Positions 38,301-50,654 of a stretch of DNA of 64,000 nt are shown piece after piece. The stretch covers positions 33,296,001 to 33,360,000 of the forward strand of contig NC_087437.1 of the NCBI RefSeq assembly GCF_036321535.1, in the 5' to 3' direction. The stretch comes from Camelus dromedarius. Taxonomy: Eukaryota. Each line of letters begins with the position of its first letter. Positions within the stretch are counted from its first letter, which is position 1. Made by a program: the position numbers and the translations under genes. The notes below the pieces were generated by a model that was given only the letters and a program-made list of their open reading frames with translations, was not told the origin of the DNA and made no database searches.

Positions 38301-38607
38301 ACTAGAGCTTAGTGGCTTTTGGGTAGGGATGGGAAGCCCCTGCCTGCCTGAGCATTCTGGGTTCTGCTGAAAAATAAGAAGCCCAGTCCAGAAATCTGTG
38401 ACCCAAAGAAAACAACTCCCCTGTGTGATACAAACAGAATGGACTTCGAAGTCAGAGACGGGTTAACTTCTCTGAGTTTCAGAGTGCACAACAAGCAAAT
38501 CCAAATGTCCCTCAGAATCAAGTGAGATAGACATGTAAATGTGATCAGTGGGTGGTGGCCGCCATTGAACATTCTGAAATACAACACTACTCCACCCCGC
38601 CCCGCCC

Positions 38608-38610
<3 letters not shown>

Positions 38611-38642
<32 letters not shown>
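38611..38642. repeat. (AC)16 microsatellite
   Basis: Perfect dinucleotide run. Confidence 0.99.
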
Positions 38643-38644
<2 letters not shown>

Positions 38645-38899
38645 GTTTGTATCTGTTAAAAGTGCTTGTCCTTGTCCTTCTTGGGTTAGCTGGATTTGCC
38701 GCATATTCCCTGGCCACTGTCACCTGAAGTGGTTCCTACCTTAATGCCTGCAGCCTTGTCATCTGTATCTGGCAGAGGGTGCCTTTTAAATTTTTTTTTT
38801 TTGATTGTTTTGTTTTGCTTTGTCTTCAAGAGCAGACAGACCTGACCACACTCCTCACACCTGATGGATTGGTCCAAGCGAGACATTCTCTTGCTTTAT

Positions 38900-39750
38900 G
38901 CCCTTTTATTCCTCTCTACCCCTCCAGCAACCATTTCAGTGTGTTGTAGTGTATATCTTTTTGTTCATATGTATTCTTGCAGAATGTCTCTCATGGTTCT
39001 GTGAACATACATTTTTAATTTGGAGAAGTTATACTATGTTCTGTGTCTCATTCTGTTTCTTTCCTTTTCCTCAGGACTGAATTGTAAAGCTCCATTCCTG
39101 TCGCTGTGATGTACTCCTATTCATCACGTTGACAGGTACATACTACTCCATGCTGGGCGTCCCTCACACTTTGCCTGTCCATTTTTCTGCTGTCAGACAC
39201 CAGGGTGGCTCTAATTTCCTTTTTCACAAGTGATGCTGCAGTGAAAGTCCTTAAGCATGTCCCCTTATGGCAGTGGTTCTCAACTGGGGATGATTTTGCA
39301 TCTCCTGGGACATTTGGCAATCTTTGGAGACAGATTTGGTTGTCACAACTTGGGGAAAGATGCTTCTGGCATCTAGCAGGTAGCGCTGTGACGCATCCTG
39401 CATTGCATAGGACAGTCCGCACAGCAAAGAATTTTTCAGACCCTCATGTCAGTAGCTCCAAGGTTGAGAAACTCTGCCTTATGGACACTGGAGAGGATTT
39501 CTTAGGGTAGATACCCAGAAGAAGTCTTGTGGGTCATAGTATATGTGTATTCTCGATTTGAGCAGGTGCAAATAGACCGAACTGCCTGCACCAGTCAGTG
39601 CTCTCACCACAGTGCACAGGCCTTCAACACCCCACATCCCTGCCCAGTGGTCGGATTACCTGGCTTTTAACTTTTTGCCATCTAATATGTATAAAATGAG
39701 ATCCATTGCTCTTTTAATTTATATTTCTCTGGTTAATAAAGAACTAGTGA
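38900..39750 (-). mobile_element. Old L1 (L1ME-like) 3' fragment split by MER20
   Basis: tgatgctgcagtgaaagtcctt...ttcttagggtagatacccagaaga...gggtcatag. Confidence 0.75.
39271..39476 (+). mobile_element. MER20 hAT-Charlie element with perfect 8-bp TSD
   Basis: cagtggttctcaactggggatgattttgc...gggacatttggcaat...aaggttgagaaactctg; TSD ccttatgg at 39263-39270 and 39477-39484. Confidence 0.95.
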
Positions 39751-39829
39751 CCTTTTCATCAACTTCTTGGGAGGCCAAAATAACACATGGTTGAAAAGCT
39801 TAGAACATACTGTTTTGCCTTTTATGAAA

Positions 39830-40012
39830 TTTTTACCGATTACCTGGTCTCTCTGAAGATCAGTTTTCTTATCTGTAAAGTCTGGAATAAAAATAGTAAC
39901 CTACTCATAGAGTTACTGTTACCCCATTATTATCTCATCATCATAATAAATGGGACAGTAAGAATTAAGCTTTGCCTGACACGTAGTGAGCACTAAGTGA
40001 AAGCGCTGTTAT
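39830..40012 (+). mobile_element. MIR SINE
   Basis: tcagttttcttatctgtaaa...aatagtaacctactcatagagtt...cctgacacgtagtgagcact. Confidence 0.8.
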
Positions 40013-40309
40013 TTCAATGATGACATAATATGATGCTTTTCTTACTTAAACTATGTACCTCCCAGTACTTGGCACATACAAATGCTTCATACAGCGTTAC
40101 TAAGTAAAGAGCCAAAGGCTGAAGGAAGAAGGGAGGAGGAGGAGGAACAGGGTACAACCTGGCCCACCTCAGAGCTGGTGATTTACTGCTTCCACAGATG
40201 CTGCGAATCTCAGGGCAGCCAAATTCAAGGCTACAAGAAGCAACCCCGTTCCTCTCATTTTCTGATAATAAACAGTCACAAAGACAAAAGAGTTTGCGTC
40301 TTAAGGGCA

Positions 40310-40540
40310 CTTTCTATTTATTAAATAAATGCCTACCATTTATTAAATAAATGCCTACCATCTATGCATTTCACATACAAATGTGTCACTCAGTCCTCAG
40401 GACTGTTCTGTCAGGCAGGTCTCTTCATCCCGTTTTGCTGGAGCTTTTGTAACCTGCTCAAGCCACCTCTCGTCATAAGTAGTGAAGGATTTGAACTTGG
40501 AGCTTTCTAATTCTACTTGGCTGTGTTCCCTCTGGATGAA
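40310..40540 (-). mobile_element. MIR SINE with a 22-bp tandem duplication
   Basis: aacctgctcaagccac...ggatttgaact; atttattaaataaatgcctacc twice at 40316-40359. Confidence 0.6.
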
Positions 40541-43039
40541 CTGAGGCAGGCTCGCAGAGAGTATGTACTTCAGATGTGCAGTGGATTGTAGAGAACATGG
40601 CTGGGGGAATCTCACATCTCAAATTCTTTCATTTATTTGCAAATGTATTCGATGTGTCTGACTGTGTGCAGGGGAAACTTGTACCCCGAAGCAAAGGTGT
40701 GGGAATGTCTTGAGTGTTGTGTTATGTATTACGAACTCCTCTAGTGGCTCCAGGCAAACAAAACACGACAACGTGGTGTGTATTGGGGAGACAGTGTTCT
40801 AATTCTGCTGTGGTTTGTGCAGCTGTGCAAGTGATCTCTGAGCCTGGTCTTGAAGCATCTCAGATTCAATGCAAATGCCATAAGCAGTTTAGAAATTGAG
40901 GTTAATACTGTGCAAAGTTTGTACTCCTGATCTTTGAGTTCCCTTCATGATTGGATTTACAAAACACCTTCAAAATTCTGGTTGTCTGTTGGAAATACTG
41001 TTTGCCTGATCTCCATAAAAATTGACTTCGGGAAAGGTTAATTCTGGGCTATAAAAGGACTAAATCTTTTCCTTAACAAGTTTATTTCCTGCCTAACAAA
41101 TATAATGAGCTAATTAATAAACATGAGCTCAATTTGGCCCCTCTTCTGAAGCCAGGCAGTCAGAGTTTGACTTCTGAGAAGTACAGGAGGACAAGGAGAG
41201 CGTCTTTATTAAGTGCAAAGTGGAATCACCTTCCTTTGTGCCTGGTTCTTGTAACCGCTCCTCTTATTTAAAGGCCAGAAGCTCAGATCTGACATCTGGG
41301 AAGTTGAGAACTTGGCGACAATACCAGGAGGAAAAAGGGATGCTTAATTACTTTCTTGCATCTATCAGTTCCACAAGGAAGGCAGGCCCCAGGATAATGG
41401 CTTCGACACCCTGAAGATGGTGTCTTTGTGCTTCTCTTTGATAGCTGTAAAATGCACTGACATGTTTCACTGCAGATTACTTCTTAAACCATTAACCATA
41501 ACCTAATAAAGAGACATTTTGACAGAATGAAATGGGAGAGGTTATTTTTATATAATGAAAAAACATTTATGAGTTGATATAAAAATACAGTGTAAGTGAC
41601 ATAACTTTGCTTCAGCATCCGGCATAGATCAGACAGGCCCCTCCTTAGAGTGGATTCAGCATTTTTGAACTTTTTGTGATGTGATCTAGGATGAACCACA
41701 TATTTGATTTTAGCATGGGATGTTTTGGAAAGACCCAAGGGTAGGATGGATCAAGATACAGGTAATGAGGTGATAATGGAAACCTTCCCCTCTTCAGAGC
41801 TGCCAAGGACAAGTAGGGCTTAAAAGTTGGAGGTTTGGATGAACACTTTAGGGCCTCTCAGTAAGATTCTTGGTGGACTTTGCTTCAGAATGGTTGGGCC
41901 TCCTGGGCTCCCAAAGCCAGAGACATCAGATCCACCACTTTGACAGCTGTTCTGTTCAGGGCTGGGCCACCCTAGGGTGTGTGGAACCCTGGACATGGGC
42001 CCCTGACTACATAAACAAGTCTGTTTAAAATGTCTTACAAGATTTGTGGGCCCATGTGAGGTAAATGACTTACAAATGAAGATTTAGAATAAAGGATGAG
42101 AGGTGGTACTGACTTTGGTATTGGTTTATTGTCCAGCAGGTGCCAGTGAAGACCCTGCGTGGTGTCCAGGCACTGTCTCTTCCTGTCCACATCCAGAAAC
42201 CATCTCTTTGTGTTCTTTATTGCTGAATGCACTCTTCCTGGCTAATTTCATCGCTCCCACAGTCAGGAACAGGTAGCGACGCTGTTATTGCTCACGCTGT
42301 CATGGCTTATTGCAGTCTGTCTCTAGGGAAGCCACTGTCAGAGGAGGGGAGAGGGGAGGGTCCTGTGGGCAAAGGGAGCCGAGGAATTCATGAACAGGGA
42401 ACGTCCCTTCCTTACCTGGCACAGCTTAGCACCAAGTTGCTATATCAGTGGGATCAAGTGAGGACATGGGTCAGAAGGACCTGATAGCCTTGCAAAGCTG
42501 TTGTCTTGAAAGCCCTTGGAGATGGACACGGCCACATGGGAAGGACCTCCTGGCAGGTGGTGTGGAGCCTGTGGGGATGGGTAGGGGGACTGGGAGTCCC
42601 AAGCCTGAGCCGCACGTGTGGGCCCCTGTTGCAATTCTCACATACCTGTGCTCTGACCAGGGCGCCTCCTCCAGTGTATAGCACCCAAGGATGGCAGGGG
42701 TGGTAGAAGGGGTCTTCTGTGATGTACTCAGATCTGTTCTATTCTGTTTCATTCTGTCTCACGCTTAAAACACACTCGTCTTGACTAATTTGATTATATG
42801 ACCCACTAAATATCGCAACCCACCAATTTGAAAGTCTGCGCTGATGAGGCCGACCCCACTGGCTGGTCCAGCAGTGGGCATGTGGCAGTCAGCACATTCT
42901 GTTTCTTTCTACCCCTGGGCCCTTCTCCCATCCAGTCAGCTAGCTATTCTGAGTCCACTTCCTTAGGGAAGGAATGGTCCACTAATCTGCTTTTGGCATG
43001 CAGTCTAATTTATTGTAATTTTTACGGACAGATCTGCCC

Positions 43040-43196
43040 AGGAAAATGCTTTTGCAAGGCCTAGTGCAAAACGAAATCCTTTGTTAAACAAATGAAGAAT
43101 TTCATGATGGCAACAGCATTAAGCCAAGTGTGGGGCTCTTCTAAGCACCAGGCCCTGTGTGACTGCACAGGTCCCACACACATTAAGCCAGCCTTG
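43040..43196 (-). mobile_element. MER45A hAT-Tip100 element
   Basis: Reverse complement CAAGGCTGGCTTAATGTGTGTGGGACCTGTGCAGTCACACAGGGCC...CTTGGCTTAATGCTG...TTTTGCACTAGGCC matches recalled MER45A. Confidence 0.85.
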
Positions 43197-43679
43197 TTTG
43201 GAGGCAGCATGGTGAGTTAGAGAAAAACTCCTTGCCAAGCTGGGAGGAGGAAGTGAAAGGAGAGGATGTGAGGCGAGAGAGGCAGGGGCTGAAGGATGGT
43301 CATGAAGTGACGCGTGGATCTGAGTTGATTCGAGCCTCCTGATCTCTCCCAGCTCCCCTTGGGCACTGTGAATAGAGCCCTGGGATCCAGTCTCCACTTG
43401 AGTGAACATGATGCTTTCCCTGCATGGCTTAGCTGTAGAAGTTGCTGTTTCTCTCAGTATCAGGTGGAGACGTCCCTCCTGCAATAACCATGTGTCGCCG
43501 TTGGCCTTGGCCGTGTAGCAGGAGAGATGCCCACGTGAACTGAAAGTGTGGCTTGGTCCTCCTCTCACCACTTGTTGGCAACAGCTCTCTCAACATTCCC
43601 AGATGCTTGTGAGCCCTGAGATGCAGGAGGTGCCCTGGTCACCTAGAGGAGTGGTGCCTGTGTTTGGAAGAGTGGGGCT

Positions 43680-44140
43680 TCTATTAGTTTGCAGGAGTGA
43701 CTGTAAAAAGGTACCACAGATGAGGTGGCTTGAATAACAGGAATGTATTGTCTCACAGTTCTGGATGCTGGAAGCCCAAGATGAAGGTGTTGGCAGGGTT
43801 GGCTCCTTCTGAAGGCTTTGAGGAAGAAACTGTTCCATGCTGCACATCTGGCTTCTGGTGGTTTGCTGGCAGTCCTTGGCTTCTGCTGCATCAGCCCCTT
43901 CCTGCTTCATCTTCACATGATGTTCTCCTTGTGTGCATGTCTGTGTCCAAACTTCCCTTTTTATAAGGGCACCAGTAATACCAGTAATATTGGATTAGGG
44001 GCCCACCCTACTCAGTATGACCTCATCTTAACTCATCAGTGACCCTTGTCCAAATAGAGTCATCTTCCGAGGTGTTGTGTGTTAGGACTTCAGTGTATGA
44101 ATTTGGCAGGGGTTGGGGGGAACACAGTTTAACCAATAAA
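43680..44140 (-). mobile_element. MaLR solo LTR (MLT1C-like)
   Basis: gtaccacagatgaggtggcttgaataacag..tgtctcacagttctgga...ttggattaggggcccacccta..cagtatgacctcatcttaact. Confidence 0.92.
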
Positions 44141-44249
44141 AGGGCTGAAGGAAACCAGCTTGTCTTTCTCCTGAGCTAGCACAGTGGTAAAATATACTTC
44201 CCTCAACACTTAGTATCCCTACGAAGGGCTGTGTCTCCGGGTTGTGTGC

Positions 44250-44675
44250 CCAACAGTTACACACAATCCCCTTTTCCTCGCCCACTTCCCAATGCAGAGG
44301 CTGGGAAACCCAGATATGACTCTGATTCTCAGCTTCCCCTCGCAGTTAGGTGTGGCCGGATGAGCCAGTTCTGGCTAATGACATGTAAGGGGATGCTTGG
44401 TGGTGGTCTCTGGGAAGATTTTCCTCCCAGGTGAAAGGAGAGAGAGGCCAGTGGAGAGAGATTTTTTTCTTTCTGTTCTTGGAATGTTGCTGTGTGAAGC
44501 TGGTGCTTGATGCTGCTCCAGTTTTCTGCCGCCAGGAGGGAAAGGCCAACAGAATCACAGAGCTTTACACTTAGTATTGTGACCTCCCTGAGCCCCGGAC
44601 CAAATGAGGAAAACTTTCCTCTGCACCGTGTGACGCTGTTGGCTAGGTACTGTCACTCGCAGCCAACAACATGCT
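44250..44675 (+). mobile_element. Old MaLR LTR (MLT1J/K-like)
   Basis: cagcttcccctcgcagttaggtgtggcc..agttctggctaatgacatgtaag...tgtcactcgcagccaa. Confidence 0.7.
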
Positions 44676-44706
44676 ATGAAGTTCTACAAAAAGTGGTTAA
44701 ATAGAA

Positions 44707-44840
44707 GGGAGGGTATAGCTCAAGTGGTAGAGCACGTACTTGGCATGCATGAGGTCCTGGATTCAATCTCCAGTACCTCCTCTAAAAATAAATAAACCTA
44801 ATTACCACCCCCTCCAAGTAAACTTAAAAAAAAAAAGAAA
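44707..44840 (+). mobile_element. tRNA-derived SINE (camelid Vic-1-like)
   Basis: GGGAGGGTATAGCTCAAGTGGTAGAG (A box)...GAGGTCCTGGATTCAATCTCC (B box), aaataaataaacctaattacc, poly(A). Confidence 0.92.
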
Positions 44841-46059
44841 ATTGAAAGTGATTTCATCATGGTAGGCTAATAAATTATAATGAATACATTTCATCATGGT
44901 ATATTGCTTAAAGTAATACTAATTGAACGTAAAAAGTGGTTAAATGGATTAGGGCCATGTTGAATATTATCATTTCTCTTAAAGCATTATAGTGCATAAA
45001 AGGAACTCAAAGGCTTTAAGAAGTTCTTTTAACCTCAGGATTTCCTAAATATTTGTAACTATGAAGCTTCTCTCATCTCCCCCCTCTCTCCTGTGACATC
45101 TATTGATGTAACCCCTGTCTTTTTTTAGTATAGCATCTCTTGATGGGGCTCATTTTGGAAAACACTAGAAGTATGGTAGCAGATATGCTCAAGCTCTTTG
45201 CTGAGGCCAAAGTTTCTGACTTTTTACTGCCACCCACACCACTTCTGTACATTGCCCCCTCCAGCACATGCCTCTTCCAAGAACAGGCACCTTACTACCT
45301 CCAGCCCCCCCCCCGTGCCTGGAGGAACAGGGCTGCGCACGTTGGCCCCCAACTTTGGAAAGATGGCTGACTCCACCCACTGAGGGGCTCGTTGTGCCCC
45401 TTGAGTGATCTTCCCAGATGAGGCAGTGACCTCTCACCAACTCCTTTACCATCTCTCTCTGCTTCTCCCAGAGACAAGCGGAAAAATGTTGGAGCCAGAG
45501 GCTGTTCTTAAACTGTCAGCTGTAGAAGAACCATTGTTTCTCAGGAGCTAGCTGAGACTAAACTCGGGGAGAATGTATGTGCTTCCTCTCTGCGAGACAG
45601 AATGGAGCAGATGGCCTATTAGCCAGAAAGGAGTTTCATTAGCATCAGCTAAAATAACCACAAAGAAGCAGCTTTAGTGAGAACCACTTGCAGCTTCCAG
45701 GGGAACTTAATTTCTTGCGTACAGAACCCCCACAATTTCCTATCTCGTGTTTTGTCATTTCTGGGCTGGCAAGGTGGAGAGTGAAGAAAGCTTATCTGCT
45801 TTATATTTGTATTATGTTCCAAGTATATAAAGTTATTTTCGTCTGCTTCCTATGGAGAGTTCTTTTTGCTATCCCCTTATCATGGAGACGAAAATCTACC
45901 CCTTGCACCCCCTAAGCCTACGAAGATTAGAACTTGCATCTTGTGAATTGCTAAGTTCATTGAGGGGTACCTTTGTAGAGCCAAATGTCTCAGTAACTGC
46001 AGAATGAAATTCACACACCTAGCCCAACGAGGCTACACCGAGTAAGGGACAGTGACTCT

Positions 46060-46330
46060 TGATTTGGAATTAAACCGACAAGACACTAATGCCAGGTCTC
46101 TTACATGTGCTTTTTAAGGAGGTGACTTGACTTTCCTAAACCTCTCTGTCCTCATTTGTAAAGTGGAAATGATATTATCTGTCCTGACCACTGCATAGCA
46201 TGGTTGTGCAGATTCCATTGAGAAGGCTGAACTCCTCATTTTATTTGTTCTAGTGTCTTTAGCATCGGGCTTACTCCTGGGCACGTAATAAATTTGTAGT
46301 AAATGAACGTTGAATGAAAGAGTGAATGAG
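46060..46330 (+). mobile_element. MIR SINE (possibly with an L2 tail)
   Basis: aacctctctgtcctcatttgtaaagtggaaatgatatt; tgaatgaa tail. Confidence 0.65.
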
Positions 46331-46577
46331 TAAGGGTTACTGTTTCTCGCTGCACTTATAAATCCTATTCCTAGCTTATATAGAGATTTGCAACTATAGA
46401 TGTACTTGCATATTTTGTGAAATTACTTGTTTAATATTTTGATTTGACACTGCTTCACTATAAAATAATATACACGTATAATGATACGATAATATTAATT
46501 TTTTCTTTTAACACAGATTATCCAGAATCTGTGTACTTAAATAGAAGTTAAAAGATTCTAGGTTCCCCCTTCATGTG

Positions 46578-46690
46578 TGAGTCAGATGCTTGTTACTGTG
46601 CAGCCCCAGGCCAGTGGTGCCTTCTTTCCTCTCATATCACTCTCTGTTTATGTTCAGGGTACGGAAGTGCAGTGTGTATAAAAGCTTCCT
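46578..46690 (+). promoter_or_regulatory. Candidate promoter/enhancer motif cluster (AP-1, FOX, ETS, TATA)
   Basis: TGAGTCA 46578-46584; TGTTTAT 46645-46651; CGGAAGTG 46662-46669; TATAAAA 46677-46683, in sequence I do not recognise as repeat. Confidence 0.3.
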
Positions 46691-46849
46691 GAGGTTAGGG
46701 TCAGAAGATAGTAGGGATGGCAGTAACTTTTTTTTTAACTTTTAGGATACACAACTTCAAACTTTTGAATGATCATAAGAAGAGAGGAGTGGCAATATTT
46801 CTTACTGATATGAAGGTGGAGGTTCTTGCTGTTTGTATATTAAGAAATA

Positions 46850-47340
46850 TCAGAGCAAATATGTATACTGAGCACCTTCTAAGCCAGGCAGTGTGCTAGG
46901 TGCTGGGGAGAGAATGGTGAACAGTACAGACTTTCTTGCCTCCTAGAAAGCGTGGAGTCTAGTGGGAGGATAAATACTAAACACATCTTTGCACAAATAA
47001 GTCTGTACATATAAACTATACATGTATAATGCACATGTTACATCCAATATACGTTTAATACATATTGCTAAACAGTCCAATAAGAAATGATAAGAGAAGA
47101 GAAATGATTTAGGTTAGAGTTTAGGAGAAAGGGTTTCAATGAAAGAGAATAAACCGAAACATAAAGGATGAGTAGATGTAGCAGCTAAAAAAAAAAGGAT
47201 AAGGGTGGGAAATGACAGAGGCCCAGAGGTGGCCATGTGACCTGCAGCACAGAGAGCAGGTGGTGGTGGTAGAGATGAGTCTAGAGAGGTGAGCAGAACC
47301 AGGTGATGTAGAGCTTTTTATCAAAATGAAGGATTTTAAT
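46850..47340 (-). mobile_element. L2 3' end
   Basis: tactgagcaccttctaagccaggcagtgtgctaggtgctgggg..tggtgaacagtacagac. Confidence 0.85.
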
Positions 47341-47389
47341 GTTTTTTTTTACATAGCTTTCCCCAGCTTTATTTTTTAAATTTTTTATA

Positions 47390-47572
47390 ATTTTTTAAAT
47401 TGAAGTATAGTCAGTTTGTAATGTGTCAATTTCTGTTGTACAGCATAATGTTTAAGTCATATATATACATACATATATTCCTTTTTATATTCTTTTTCAT
47501 TATAGGCTTTTATAAGATATTGAATATAGTTCTCTGTGCTACACTGCAGAAACCTGTTGTTTATCTATTTCA
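47390..47572 (-). mobile_element. Young lineage-specific L1 3' end
   Basis: T-rich end plus ttgaagtatagtcagtttgtaatgtgtcaattt; same family as 58943-59059. Confidence 0.85.
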
Positions 47573-49125
47573 TATATCCATCATTATCATACAGGAGTAT
47601 TTTCACTGTCCTAAAAATTCTCTGTGTTCTACCTATTCATCCTCCACTTCCCTTCTCTCTACCCTCACCGCCAACCCCTGGTAACCACTGATAGTTTTAC
47701 TGTGTTCACAGTTTTCCTTTTTCCAAAATGTCATAGAATTGGAATCATACAGTATGTGGTTCTTCAGATTGGCTTCTTTCACTTAGTAATATGTATTTAA
47801 TGTTCCTTCATGTTTTTTCATGACTTGGCAACTCATTTCTTTTTAGCACTGAATAATATTCCATTGTCTGGATGTACCATAGTTTATTTATCTATTTACC
47901 TGTTGAGGTACATCTTGGTTACTTCCCAGTTTTAGCAGTCGTGAATAAAGCTGCTCTAAATATCCATGTGCAGGTTATTGTGTGGACATAAATTTTCAAC
48001 TTATTTGGGTAAATGCCAAGGAGCGTGACTGTCAGATCATATGGTAAGAGTATGTTTAATTTTGTAAGAAATCACCAAACTGTCTTCCAAAGTGGCTGCC
48101 TCATTTTGCATTCCCTCCAGCAATGAGAGAGTTCCTGTTGCTCCACGTGCTTGTCAGCATTTGGTGTTGTCAGTGTTCTGGATTTTGACCACTCTGATAG
48201 GTGTGCAGTGATATCTCATTGTTTTAATTTCATTACCCTGTTGACATATGATGTGGAGCATATTTTTATATGCTTATTTGCCACCTGCATATCTTCTTTG
48301 GCAAGGTGTCTGTTAAAGTCTTAGGCTTAGTTTTTAGTTGGGTTTTTTATTGTTGAGTTTTAAGAGTTCCTTGTGTCTTTTCAGTAACAGTCCTTTATCA
48401 GATAGGTATTTTGCAAGTATTTCTCCTACTCTGTGGTTTGTATTCTTACTCTCTTGTCATTGTCATTCACAGTGCAGAAGGTTATACTTTAAATGAGTGA
48501 CAGATTCATGGATCCTGCCTTGGTGTTGTGTCTAAAAGTTATCACCATACCCAAGAGCATCTAGGTTTTCTCCTATATTCGTTTCTAGGAGTTTTATATT
48601 TTGCATTTTATATTTAGGTTTGTGATCCATCTTGAGTTCATTTTTGTGAAGAGGGTAAAGGCTGTGTCTAGATTAATTATTTTGCATCTGGATGTCCACT
48701 TGTTTCAGCACCATTTGTTGAAAAGACTATCTTTGCTCCATTATATTGCCTCTGTTCCTTTGTCAAAGATCAGATCTGTTGATTATATTTACGGGGATCT
48801 GTATCTGGGCTCTGTGTTCTGTTCCACTGATCTGTTCATCTATTCTTTCACCAGTTCCACATGACACTAGTGTCATGATTAATGTAGCTTTATAGGAAAT
48901 CTTGAAGTCAGGTAGCATTACTCTTCCACCTTTATTCTTCAATATTGTATTGGCTATCCTGGGTCTTTTGCCTTTTAATATAAATTTTAGAATCAGTTTG
49001 TCAGTTTCCACAAAGTAATTTGCTGGGATTTTGATTGGAATTGTGTTGACTCTATAGAGCAAATTGGGAAGAACTGATACTTCGATAATGTTGAGTCTTC
49101 CTATCCATGAGATGGAAACACACCC
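47573..49125 (-). mobile_element. L1MC1/2-like 3' fragment: ORF2 C-terminus and 3' UTR
   Basis: ORF 48763-49062 (LYRVNTIPIKIPANYFVETDKLILKFILKGKRPRIANTIL) matches L1 ORF2; UTR tttcactgtcctaaaaattctctgtgttctacctattcatcc. Confidence 0.92.
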
Positions 49126-50654
49126 TTTCTTTAATACTTAGAGACATACCTGGATTGATTTTCAGATTCAGCTTTCCGTATTTTCTAAGCAGCTGAAGAA
49201 TACATTTATTAGAAAGGGAAATTAAATTTACATGTGTAATCCTCACGTTTTGATTTTTAAAAACAGACTTGTTATTCGTTGTATTTTGTTTCTGAGTACT
49301 TTTGCTGCAGATTTTGAGACAGATAGGACTGTATTAACTACCACGCATTCACTCTGTTCAGCTATATCAAGAGAAATGTGGGGAAACCTGTTGCACTTCA
49401 GAATGAAAACAAGTCTACTTGGCACTGTATGATGGAGATGTTTGTTAGATTTCTCAGGTTATGGGATATAGAGACCAATGAAAGTGAAAATTTCTTTTTA
49501 CCCTTTCAGTCTATAAGGAAGATGAAAAGCCAATCAGATTAGAAGATTTTTCAAAGTGGGATGAAAAGTTGAAGGCAGATTAAGTGTTCAAATCTGCCAG
49601 AATCTCTTAGCAGAATCTTTCCATACTTGGCAGCATTAGGCAAATACTGATGGACTCCATTCATATAAAGAATATGGTACTTATTCCTTAGCTTTTGAAA
49701 GGGGCTCATATCCCCTTTCAGTTCCCACTAAAATGTTTGCTTTGATGAAGAATAGTTTATTTTGATTCTTAAGCTTATAGATCAGTGCTTATTTACTTGG
49801 TAGGGATAATACATATTCATATGTTTCGTACAAAATTTAAAAGACTTTACTTGGAAAACCCCACCTAACTATTTATAGTTGAGGGCAAGGTGATAGATTC
49901 AAGGGATATCTTAAAGAGAATCGTGTAACTTCATTTATTTGCTCAAACTGATAGTCTGAATCAAATGACACTGAAACAAATTGCTAATCATACACCAAAA
50001 TATCAGAATTGGATACCAGTCACCCAAAATTCCACTATCAGCATATTTTGGATCCAGATTTCTCATTTATGGATTATATGTCAAAACACACAGTTCAAAA
50101 GTATCAAGCTTAAGACCTACTCTTCAGCTATTATTTATGCAATGTAAAAGTTAGACCATTGTTAAAAATATTACATTAACTTAATATCCAGTAGGAAGAT
50201 GTTGAGAATGCCATGCACATTTAAAATCTCTTAAATTATTTAACATGTGAAAATCCATATGTGTTACAGTTTATGTAAAAAGGCTTTTCCTAACTCCTTC
50301 ACAGTAGCAATTAAGCTTTATTTTTCATGACAAAGCTTAAAAATCACAAAATGTGGTGCATATACTCAGTAAATATACTTATGAAGGATATTGAGTCCTC
50401 CTTGATCAATTAATTCCATGGAGGAAGGTTTCAAAGGTAATTCTTTTTTCTCTGTGGAATTTAGAAATTTCAGATTTCTAAAAGGCTATTTTAGAAATAC
50501 TAAGATTTGGACAGAAGGAAAGAGTGTACAGTTGTAGGACTTAAGCGAAGGTTAAAAATAGTTTTGCAATTCACCAGTCCTTTATTGGGAGTGAGCAGAG
50601 GTGATTATACTCAGAAATGATAGACAGTATTCGTGTCATTTACTATTGTTACCT

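Noticed and set aside
44707..44780. tRNA gene
   Set aside because: It has A/B boxes but also a SINE body, poly(A), a TSD and a second diverged copy in the window. It is a tRNA-derived SINE.
46495..46560. Coding exon after the acceptor ttttcttttaacacAG
   Set aside because: All three frames hit a stop within about 35 nt.
48763..49062. Reverse-transcriptase-associated ORFs (also 13375-13662 and 59906-60280) as a retron-like or novel RT system
   Set aside because: They are short frameshifted fragments of ordinary L1 ORF2 within truncated L1 copies.
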